A DNA stretch of 25,140 bases from a virus (IMGVR_UViG_3300020042_004075:1-25140), one strand, 5' to 3'; shown: positions 1 through 6,697, counted from the first letter of the stretch. Numbers and translations are program-made. Notes: generated by a model from the letters alone, not told the origin.

Positions 1-74
1 ATTATATCGGGGACGGTGACCCCGCCGAAATTCTAGGCTAAGCTAAACGGTATAGTAAGGTAAGCTATAGGTTA

Positions 75-115
75 TCTATCGCTCTCTCTTCACGGTAGGG
101 AGAGAGGGCGGTAGA
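75..115 (+). promoter_or_regulatory. 17-bp intergenic RNA hairpin A upstream of clamp-like gene
   Basis: 75-91 pairs with 99-115 (14 Watson-Crick + 3 U.G), loop ACGGTAG; the wobbles work only on the + strand. Confidence 0.7.
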
Positions 116-155
116 GGGCAAGTAGCCCTAAGTAGATGCGAAAGAGAGAGAATAT

Positions 156-758
156 ATGAACACTATGGAAGAGAATAAAGTAGATCTCACTAGCTTAGAG
201 CTAGAGGGCGGGCTATTGCTAGAGCTATTGGAGGGCGTAAGCTCTCACGCGGGCAAGGATAAGAGCTTGCCTACACTTAACGCGGTACATATTGCAGGGG
301 CGGGCGGTGATCTAATCGCTAAGGCTACCGATAGGTATCGCTTAATCGAGGGCGCGGTACGCTACGGTGACGGCGGGCTAGAGCCTAGCCTTGTATCACT
401 AGAGGATATTAAGCGCATCATCACACTATGCAAGGCGCATAAGGCTAACCTAGTAAGTATTACCCGATTAGGTAATGCTATTAGCGTAAGCTCACTAGGC
501 GATGTAGCTACTTTCGATCTCTTAGGCGGTACCTTTCCACCTACGGAAGAGCTCTTCGCTAAGAGTGAGAGTGACCCCGTAGCTATTGAAGGCGTAGCCT
601 TTAACCCTGCGCTTATGGCCGATTATGCGAAGATAGCGGGCAAGGGTGCAGCTATTAAAGTGTACTTTACGGGCGCGGGTAAGCCTATGCGCGTAAGAAT
701 TACGGGCGATAAGATTACGTGGCGAGCCTTGCTTATGCCTATGCGTTACGTAGATTAG
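156..758 (+). CDS. DNA polymerase III beta-clamp-like protein (domains II+III only)
   Basis: Motifs AGKDKSLPTLNAV, ATDRYRL, GTFP, AFNPALMAD, KPMRV and LLMPMR parallel the DnaN central and C-terminal motifs; 200 aa; GA-rich RBS at 141-150. Confidence 0.8.
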   Translation: MNTMEENKVDLTSLELEGGLLLELLEGVSSHAGKDKSLPTLNAVHIAGAGGDLIAKATDRYRLIEGAVRYGDGGLEPSLVSLEDIKRIITLCKAHKANLVSITRLGNAISVSSLGDVATFDLLGGTFPPTEELFAKSESDPVAIEGVAFNPALMADYAKIAGKGAAIKVYFTGAGKPMRVRITGDKITWRALLMPMRYVD

Positions 759-769
759 AGATAGTGGCG

Positions 770-829
770 TACTATCGTACTTTACCTATACGGTAGAGTG
801 CGGTAGTATCTTACTAAGAGCTAGTGAGA
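770..829 (+). promoter_or_regulatory. 17-bp intergenic RNA hairpin B plus second 8-bp hairpin
   Basis: 770-786 pairs with 792-808 (3 U.G), loop TATAC; then TCTTACTA-agagc-TAGTGAGA (809-829). Confidence 0.7.
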
Positions 830-851
830 TAGTTTAGAGAGAGGGCAAGTA

Positions 852-977
852 ATGGATAAAGAATTACTTATTAAGGCCTTAGATATTGCTATTAGCGTGT
901 TCGATTATGAGCAAGATTTTTTTAAGGCCGATGAGCTGCGTGATTACCGAGATAAACTAGTGAAAGAGGGAGAGTAA
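852..977 (+). CDS. small hypothetical protein (41 aa, MDKELLIKAL...KEGE)
   Basis: Translated by hand; AGAGAGAGGG RBS; TAATG coupling to next ORF. Confidence 0.75.
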   Translation: MDKELLIKALDIAISVFDYEQDFFKADELRDYRDKLVKEGE

Positions 978-1147
978 TGCAACTACAAGAGATAGATACC
1001 TTGCAAGACCTAATTCTATGGGTCGAAGAGAATATGCAGGGGGCGAGGGTCACGCAGGATAGCGCGGGCGATATCGTCATACACACGGGGCTAATCTCCA
1101 CTATGGGTGGATACCTACACGAAAGAGAGGGCGAGGGTGATGAATAA
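977..1147 (+). CDS. small hypothetical protein (56 aa, MQLQEIDTL...EGDE)
   Basis: Translated by hand; GAAAGAGGGAG RBS; overlaps both neighbours. Confidence 0.75.
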   Translation: MQLQEIDTLQDLILWVEENMQGARVTQDSAGDIVIHTGLISTMGGYLHEREGEGDE

Positions 1148-1325
1148 GGTTAAGAGTGGCGATACGGTAGTGTTTAACAAGCCGATTGAATTCTTAAACG
1201 GCAAGGTACTTCAAGAGCTACGATTTATTAAACGCTCACAATTCTTAGATCCGATTACGGGGCAGGGCTATCATATTGTGGCGTGGCGTAACTATCCGCA
1301 CACTATTAAGGGAGAGGGAGAGTAA
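1140..1325 (+). CDS. hypothetical protein (61 aa, MNKVKSGDTVVF...)
   Basis: In frame with ORF 1107..1325; start moved to ATG 1140 behind GA-rich RBS. Confidence 0.7.
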   Translation: MNKVKSGDTVVFNKPIEFLNGKVLQELRFIKRSQFLDPITGQGYHIVAWRNYPHTIKGEGE

Positions 1326-1681
1326 TGAGTACTTTATATCTATGCGGTAAGTGTTTAACGCGTGAAGATAAAGAGAGGGCGGTATTAGATACCCCACCCG
1401 CTAAAAATTATGTAGAGGTAAGTAACTGCCCTGATTGTAGAGAGGGTTTAGATACCGATACGATAAGCGAGGTAGAGGTGTTAAGCCTATTGCAATCGCA
1501 GGATAGCTACTCTAATCAAGTAGAGAGGGAGGGCGCGTACGCTGCCACTACCCTAGATCTAATTAAGGGAATTATGGCCTTAGACCCTGAGAATGATGAA
1601 GAGTATAACGATTACGCCCTAGTGGATATGATCGAGACGGCTATTAAGTATCACCGTAATCATCAGGATAGGGAGGACTAG
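1325..1681 (+). CDS. hypothetical protein with N-terminal zinc ribbon and acidic C-terminus
   Basis: CGKC...CPDC; TAATG coupling. Confidence 0.75.
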   Translation: MSTLYLCGKCLTREDKERAVLDTPPAKNYVEVSNCPDCREGLDTDTISEVEVLSLLQSQDSYSNQVEREGAYAATTLDLIKGIMALDPENDEEYNDYALVDMIETAIKYHRNHQDRED

Positions 1682-1682
1682 C

Positions 1683-1844
1683 GTGAACGATTACTACTAC
1701 GCGGTAGATCCCGCCTTTGATGATAATTCTGAATGGATCTCTTGTGATACGTGCAAGAGAGAATATGACCGTAAAGAATATAATTCTGATACGTGCGTAG
1801 AGTGTGAAAATAAACTAACTATCAAAGAGAGAGAGGGCAAGTAA
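1683..1844 (+). CDS. small zinc-ribbon protein (53 aa)
   Basis: GTG start after GGAGG; CDTC...CVEC. Confidence 0.7.
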   Translation: MNDYYYAVDPAFDDNSEWISCDTCKREYDRKEYNSDTCVECENKLTIKEREGK

Positions 1845-2002
1845 TGAAACTATGGGATGAATGGGAATATAAGACGGGCGATATAGAGCACGATAAAGAC
1901 GGCAACAAGGTAGTGAGGATCGAACTTATTCTTACTACTACCCTAGACCGACACGATGTAATAAACGCTATATCTGATTTTCTAGAAGAGGGGTTAAAGT
2001 AA
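1844..2002 (+). CDS. small hypothetical protein (52 aa, MKLWDEWEY...)
   Basis: Translated by hand; TAATG overlaps at both ends. Confidence 0.7.
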   Translation: MKLWDEWEYKTGDIEHDKDGNKVVRIELILTTTLDRHDVINAISDFLEEGLK

Positions 2003-2169
2003 TGAATAAAGAATATCTAATTGCTAAGGCGGATCTATGCAAGGATCTAGCCATCGAGCAGCTCACCAACGGTGATGAGAGGGAGGGCGTGGAAAATCTC
2101 AAGCGTATGATCCGTGCCTTAGAAGAGATCAACCTTATTAACTACTTAGAAGAGAGAAGAGGGCGATGA
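2002..2169 (+). CDS. small helical hypothetical protein (55 aa, MNKEYLIAKA...)
   Basis: Translated by hand; TAATG and ATGA coupling. Confidence 0.7.
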   Translation: MNKEYLIAKADLCKDLAIEQLTNGDEREGVENLKRMIRALEEINLINYLEERRGR

Positions 2170-2318
2170 GTAAAGTAACGGGGTTTACTATCTTTAACAA
2201 GGCAACGGGGCAGAAGCTAGCAACGCTACCCTTGTCTATCCCTATCGGATCAACGGTGGATGCGTACAAGAGAGAAGGTCACGATATATCTTGGGGTTGG
2301 GAGGAGAGTAATGACTAG
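2166..2318 (+). CDS. small hypothetical protein (50 aa, MSKVTGFTIF...)
   Basis: Translated by hand; ATGA overlap, GA-rich RBS. Confidence 0.7.
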   Translation: MSKVTGFTIFNKATGQKLATLPLSIPIGSTVDAYKREGHDISWGWEESND

Positions 2319-2559
2319 CTTTCATCCTAAAGAATATGATCTTATCAACCTATATGAAGTCACCGATGAGCAAGGTATAGCCCTATGGGGCGGTAATAAT
2401 GAGGGTGAAGCCATAATTTGGTGGCTTAAAGGCAACCAAGCTGGCCGTATATTGGTTTCAGCGTGGGATAGCAATGAGGAGGATGCCTATATGATCGGTA
2501 GACCGATAGATATTACCGATATCGTGGCCAGAACCTACGATTATTATGGGCTAGACTGA
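2311..2559 (+). CDS. hypothetical protein (82 aa, MTSFHPKEY...)
   Basis: In frame with ORF 2260..2559; start moved to ATG after GGAGGAG. Confidence 0.7.
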   Translation: MTSFHPKEYDLINLYEVTDEQGIALWGGNNEGEAIIWWLKGNQAGRILVSAWDSNEEDAYMIGRPIDITDIVARTYDYYGLD

Positions 2560-2648
2560 TGAGCTTTACTATCGGGATCATCATAGTATTACTGATAGCC
2601 TATGCACTTATAGTTACGGAGGAGAAATTTAATGACGGAGATCGCTAG
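2559..2648 (+). CDS. small single-pass membrane protein (29 aa)
   Basis: MSFTIGIIIVLLIAYALIVTEEKFNDGDR; TGATG coupling. Confidence 0.6.
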   Translation: MSFTIGIIIVLLIAYALIVTEEKFNDGDR

Positions 2649-2931
2649 AAGGATAGAGTCTGCCAAGCGTAGCGCGGTGGTCTATCGAAATTATAGGCGG
2701 GCGAGGGAGAGGGCTATGACTCGCCTATCCAATGCTTACCCTGAGACATACAAAGAGTTACTCGAACAGGAGAAAATTGTAGATGAACAGATGGGTAAGA
2801 AGTGGCTCGATATTGACGGCAGCACTAGCCAGTCTATGGATCTTAGTGCCAGTGCATCACCTACGGGTGGAGGAGAAGGCAACCAAGCCAGCTCCGGTCC
2901 AGACCAAGGCAACGATGGAGGAGAAGCGTGA
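2632..2931 (+). CDS. basic helical hypothetical protein
   Basis: GGAGGAG RBS; Arg-rich N-terminal helix; C-terminus overlaps next gene by 149 nt. Confidence 0.65.
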   Translation: MTEIARRIESAKRSAVVYRNYRRARERAMTRLSNAYPETYKELLEQEKIVDEQMGKKWLDIDGSTSQSMDLSASASPTGGGEGNQASSGPDQGNDGGEA

Positions 2932-3202
2932 AAATAAAGCACTTATCGTTAGTTACCTCCGTGCCCTCGGTTACGATGGGCAGCAAAGAAACTGTGCCAT
3001 CACGCTTTGGACCCGTGAGAGCAGGCTTGACCACCTCGCCGATAACCCAAGATCAACGGCTTTCGGAATTGCTCAGCTCCTTAGAGAGCGTAGTAGAAAA
3101 CCTGAACTACAAATCCTTCACGCTATACGATATGTTGAACACCGCTATCGAGGAAATTTCTGCAGTGCTCTCAAACACTCAGACCGAAGAGGGTGGTACT
3201 GA
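2783..3202 (+). CDS. secreted/anchored lytic transglycosylase (SLT/lysozyme-like)
   Basis: N-terminal hydrophobic segment; LWTRES catalytic Glu, AFGIAQ, QI..AIRYVEHRY, C-terminal GWY. Confidence 0.8.
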   Translation: MNRWVRSGSILTAALASLWILVPVHHLRVEEKATKPAPVQTKATMEEKRENKALIVSYLRALGYDGQQRNCAITLWTRESRLDHLADNPRSTAFGIAQLLRERSRKPELQILHAIRYVEHRYRGNFCSALKHSDRRGWY

Positions 3203-3363
3203 TGTTTAGGTACTGGCTTATGTTCGGTATCAAGAGAGGGTGGATAAGTAAACCTTACTGCGCCACACACGATGGCAACTTTGACTATATGACTGAAGAA
3301 GAACTCTATGAATGGAATGAAGGTGGCGATCCCTGCCACGTAGCTATATCCGTGTTACAATAA
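3202..3363 (+). CDS. small putative metal-binding protein (53 aa)
   Basis: MFRYWLMFG...CATHDG...GGDPCH; TGATG coupling. Confidence 0.7.
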   Translation: MFRYWLMFGIKRGWISKPYCATHDGNFDYMTEEELYEWNEGGDPCHVAISVLQ

Positions 3364-3377
3364 TCTTCTTTCCTTCC

Positions 3378-3429
3378 AGCACAACCTAGCCCTCACCGTT
3401 ACCTCTTTCCGGTGGGGGTTAGTGCTTTA
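3378..3429. terminator. hairpin between convergent early and replication operons
   Basis: CTAGCCCTCACCG / CGGTGGGGGTTAG 13-bp stem with outer AGCAC/GTGCT; lies between stop 3363 (+) and stop 3427 (-). Confidence 0.7.
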
Positions 3430-3597
3430 TCCACCGTTGCTGTAGAACCCTGGACCCTTGAAGGTGATAGCGGGCGAAGACCAGATGCGAGACATAGAAC
3501 TATGGCAGTCAGTACACATAGGCTCAATAACCTCAGCGTGGATAGACTGCTCGATCTCTCTGGTACTGCCACACTCACACTTGAAAGCATAGATCAT
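3427..3597 (-). CDS. FmdB-family zinc-ribbon protein (56 aa)
   Basis: MIYAFKCECG...CTDC..SMSRIWSSPAITFKGPGFYS, the typical CxxC_CxxC_SSSS / FKGxGFY signature. Confidence 0.8.
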   Translation of the reverse strand: MIYAFKCECGSTREIEQSIHAEVIEPMCTDCHSSMSRIWSSPAITFKGPGFYSNGG

Positions 3598-3734
3598 AGC
3601 TTTACTGCCTCTTCGATGGCCTTATCACCGCAAAATACACAAAGTAATTTATCTACTGGTCGGTCCTCAAACTCTTCGTGCACTTTACCAAAAGGTGAAC
3701 CTTGATTATCACAATTACTGCACTTACCAATCAT
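3594..3734 (-). CDS. small zinc-finger protein (46 aa)
   Basis: CSNC...CVFC; ATGA overlaps at both ends. Confidence 0.65.
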   Translation of the reverse strand: MIGKCSNCDNQGSPFGKVHEEFEDRPVDKLLCVFCGDKAIEEAVKL

Positions 3735-3964
3735 CCCAACACCTTCTCAATAGCCTGAATAGTAGAACACGGCCAATTTGCTGTCGAGTAATCAGTACAT
3801 TCTCTACAAAGAAGAACCCCGTCTGGCTTATGAGGTTTTGATGGATAGGGCTTATGTAATTCCACTACTGCAAGTAAAGCAGCAGCCAACTCACTGGGTA
3901 CTACATTAGTTTCAGGTGTGATAGATAGCTTGGCTATCCTTGCCAGCAATTCTTCGTGTGTCAT
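3731..3964 (-). CDS. hypothetical phage protein with H-CxxC-C metal motif
   Basis: VVELHKP...CREC...WPCSTIQAI, a pattern common in actinophages. Confidence 0.7.
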   Translation of the reverse strand: MTHEELLARIAKLSITPETNVVPSELAAALLAVVELHKPYPSKPHKPDGVLLCRECTDYSTANWPCSTIQAIEKVLG

Positions 3965-4356
3965 TTGGACTCCTCTAAATACTTTTCAAATTCTTCCGCT
4001 CGTGGTTTGGTTGCTTCGTAATGTCCTAAAGCTCTGTTGCATTTATTACAAAGCAATCCTCTAACCTTGCCTGTGTTATGGTCGTGGTCCACACATAGCA
4101 TACGCACCTCATCACTGTTATTCTTTCTAGTAGTCTCAGGCATACAGCATATTTTACAGACTCCACCCTGTGCGTCAAGCATCAGGTTGTATTCTTCAAG
4201 CGTAAGGTTAAATCTTAACTTAAGCATCACATTCTTACGCTTATCTTTGTTGTTATCCCGATACTTCTTTTGGTATTCTCTTTCTTTAGGAGAGTTTCTC
4301 AAGCGACGCTTACGCTGGTACTCCCTGTGGTATTTTCTTTTATCTTCTATATTCAT
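3961..4356 (-). CDS. endonuclease VII-family (His-Me) nuclease
   Basis: QGGVCKIC...VDHDHNTGKVRGLLCNKCNRALG; basic N-terminal arm. Confidence 0.9.
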   Translation of the reverse strand: MNIEDKRKYHREYQRKRRLRNSPKEREYQKKYRDNNKDKRKNVMLKLRFNLTLEEYNLMLDAQGGVCKICCMPETTRKNNSDEVRMLCVDHDHNTGKVRGLLCNKCNRALGHYEATKPRAEEFEKYLEESK

Positions 4357-4736
4357 AAGCGAACCGCTTCATCCACGTCCAAGTAACCTACTAACTTGTA
4401 AACCTTATCCTTGTTCTCAAATTCAGTAGACACTGGCATCACTTGTGTATACCATTTAGGTTCTGGCAGATCCATAAGATCAAAAGAATATATACCAAGT
4501 GGAGTCGAGTTGATGTAGTACGGGATCAGATCTCGTTCTGCTGCCTGAGTGATGAGCTTGCGGTACTTAATCTCTTCGATAAGTAGGGTGGGATAGTGAG
4601 TCTGTCTGCATTTAAGTTCGATGTAGTGGGCAGCCTTCTCACTAGTGCAGTCATAAGTATCATAGATCCCAGGACTTTTAACCAAGTCAGGGTAGAGACT
4701 GCCTTTGAGATAATTAAATAACTCTTCTTCTTTCAT
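4353..4736 (-). CDS. PD-(D/E)XK restriction-endonuclease-like protein
   Basis: N-terminal E helix, YD...IELKCR. Confidence 0.65.
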   Translation of the reverse strand: MKEEELFNYLKGSLYPDLVKSPGIYDTYDCTSEKAAHYIELKCRQTHYPTLLIEEIKYRKLITQAAERDLIPYYINSTPLGIYSFDLMDLPEPKWYTQVMPVSTEFENKDKVYKLVGYLDVDEAVRL

Positions 4737-5365
4737 CGCCAGGGTGTCTCCCCGCCTAGTTCATCCTGCAATCTGCGAAGAGCGTTGGTGCATCTACGAT
4801 CAGCAGTGGACACTGCACACTCTAGGAAGGCAGCGATCTGTTGCAGCGTAGCGTTATCGTAGTGGCGCATACGCAGTAATTCTTGATCCTTCTGATCTAG
4901 TTTAAGATAACACTTCTTAATATCTATCAGGCTAGCAAGCAGGTTGCCACCTTCTGATGGGCTAGATGATCCGCGTGGCTGTCCATCGTTAATCATCTCC
5001 TGCATCTGCTCTAGCACTGTGCCATCTATGATGGATGTAATAACAAATGGCAGTAGCTGACCAAGGGTAAAGGTCTGGTAATACACTTCATCGTTAGTCT
5101 GATAGCCAGACTTGTTAGCCTTCTCCTTGCGTGCATAGCGTTCGACTGCACGCTTCATCTGCCAAGCGATACGGCTTTGGTTATATTCTAATTGTTTAGG
5201 ATCTTCAACGCTCATCTGCTCAGTGATGTAGGCGTTACGCGTAACACCCCACGCAATACACTCCTGAGTAACATCTTCTCGCTCTACCCAATGCTTGTAG
5301 CGCCGGTGTACTGCATAAGCAACAGACGGCGCTAACTCATAGATAATCGGATGCAGCTCAGTCAC
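4733..5365 (-). CDS. sigma-70-like factor (region 2 / region 4 HTH)
   Basis: EREDVTQE region-2-like; L..KDQELLRMRHYDNATLQQIAAFLECAVSTADRR region-4 HTH; start moved to GTG 5365 overlapping the upstream stop. Confidence 0.75.
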   Translation of the reverse strand: MTELHPIIYELAPSVAYAVHRRYKHWVEREDVTQECIAWGVTRNAYITEQMSVEDPKQLEYNQSRIAWQMKRAVERYARKEKANKSGYQTNDEVYYQTFTLGQLLPFVITSIIDGTVLEQMQEMINDGQPRGSSSPSEGGNLLASLIDIKKCYLKLDQKDQELLRMRHYDNATLQQIAAFLECAVSTADRRCTNALRRLQDELGGETPWR

Positions 5366-5759
5366 AATCAGTAACTTCAACCTCTGGCCATACGCCATCT
5401 AAGACCATCATCGCAATAGCAGAGTAGTTCAATAGATCGAGGAATGAATCACGCAAGGACTCGTTGCTAGGTTGCACATCAGAGTCAACCAAGTTGTTGA
5501 TGCGAGCTATCTTATCCCACATACGTACACGCAGACCATTAAGTGGTCCACCTGGTGAGTGAGCAATATTCTTTGGGCCGTAATCGTGATGCTTACGGAT
5601 AAGTAAGTTACCTGCTGCATCCATAATACGCCAGACATCTGAAGCAAACTCAGGGTTTACCTTGTCGGTGTAGGGCGCAGTAGAACTGTCTCTGTCTCCG
5701 TATTGATCTCTAGGATCTGGAAGCCCATATGCTGCAAAGTCTGTATCATCTGTTGCCAT
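5358..5759 (-). CDS. nucleotide modification associated domain 1 (Nmad1/DUF1599-like) protein
   Basis: KHHDYG...RMWDKIARINNL...ESLRDSFLDLLNYSAIA. Confidence 0.8.
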   Translation of the reverse strand: MATDDTDFAAYGLPDPRDQYGDRDSSTAPYTDKVNPEFASDVWRIMDAAGNLLIRKHHDYGPKNIAHSPGGPLNGLRVRMWDKIARINNLVDSDVQPSNESLRDSFLDLLNYSAIAMMVLDGVWPEVEVTDCD

Positions 5760-5769
5760 TCTTCTCTAC

Positions 5770-6420
5770 TCACCCTTTCGGTTCACCCACTAGCAAAGCA
5801 CGCGTAGCCTCAACTCCGTGTGCTAGGTAGTAGTCATTGATGTCCATACCTGGTGGTAGTGTAACAATAGTTGAGTTCAATATCTCATTTGCGACACGCT
5901 TAGCAAAGTCTGCACCTGGGTTACTGCCATCTTCTTTGATGTCGTTATCGCCTACAACAAAGACTGTTTCATATCCTGTAAATAACTTAGGAAAGTGTGG
6001 CTTCCAAGACTGTACTCCAGGGACACCCACTGCTGGTATACCTAACATCCCGCTAGTAACTACTGCATCTAGCTCGCCTTCGCAGATAACTATGTAAGGC
6101 GATAGCGGTAGCACATCTGCCACGTTGTAGAGGTGTGCCTTCTGTCCAGTAGGTGATCCATACTTAGGCTTGCCATCATCTAAGCGCCGGAACTTAAAGC
6201 CTACGCAACTACCACCGGCGGTGATGTAAGGGATAGAGATCCATCCTTCATACATCTCGTGACCATTCATCGGATCGGTCACTGTGCCTAGTTGGAACTT
6301 AGCTGCTACAAGTTCAGAGATCCCACGTTCGTCTAGTGCGACTAGGGTTTCCGGACTTACCTCTTGGGCGTATCGCTGCGCCGCTTCCAGTAGCAATTTC
6401 GACTGCGCGTTTGAGGCCAT
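5770..6420 (-). CDS. DNA primase, TOPRIM catalytic part
   Basis: IPY, FKFRR, KY, ICEGELDA, GVPG, VGDND, DINDYY. Confidence 0.9.
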   Translation of the reverse strand: MASNAQSKLLLEAAQRYAQEVSPETLVALDERGISELVAAKFQLGTVTDPMNGHEMYEGWISIPYITAGGSCVGFKFRRLDDGKPKYGSPTGQKAHLYNVADVLPLSPYIVICEGELDAVVTSGMLGIPAVGVPGVQSWKPHFPKLFTGYETVFVVGDNDIKEDGSNPGADFAKRVANEILNSTIVTLPPGMDINDYYLAHGVEATRALLVGEPKG

Positions 6421-6697
6421 CCTTAAACTCCAAGTTCTCTATGATGCAGACTATGTTCACTGCATTTCCACCCTTACCGCAGGTGTGGCAAAAGTATAAA
6501 TTCTTATACGTATTGATTACCGCAGACCTGCGTGTGTCACTATGCAAGCAACACTTGACCGATACATCTTGTCCTTCTCGTACTTCCCCACCGAAGTAGG
6601 TAACGATTGGACCTATGGGGATTGAGTTTGCATCAGTGGAACCGGAACTCCCTCGACCTTTACCCAACCTGGACCAGTCTTGTGCTGGCATACGCAT
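6314..6697 (-). CDS. DNA primase zinc-binding (CHC2) part
   Basis: CCLHSDTRRSA...YFCHTCGKGGN; start 6697 or 6691. Confidence 0.85.
   Translation of the reverse strand: MRMPAQDWSRLGKGRGSSGSTDANSIPIGPIVTYFGGEVREGQDVSVKCCLHSDTRRSAVINTYKNLYFCHTCGKGGNAVNIVCIIENLEFKDGLKRAVEIATGSGAAIRPRGKSGNPSRTRRTWDL

Noticed and set aside
1-60. 3' end of an upstream ORF (stop 39-41) and TATAGT -10 at 51-56
   Set aside because: Plausible but too little context and no convincing -35, so not listed as features
836-2313. Periodic short repeats as a CRISPR-like array
   Set aside because: Repeats are degenerate RBS/stop/start junctions and the intervening DNA consists of 120-360 nt ORFs
2928-3209. 93-aa + strand ORF
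   Set aside because: Lies almost wholly within the SLT catalytic domain in another frame and has no recognisable features; its GGAG and GTGA overlap leave a small doubt
3399-3705. ORF-track calls 3399..3590 (-) and 3412..3705 (+)
   Set aside because: Better explained by the coupled FmdB-like (3427-3597) and zinc-finger (3594-3734) genes in other frames
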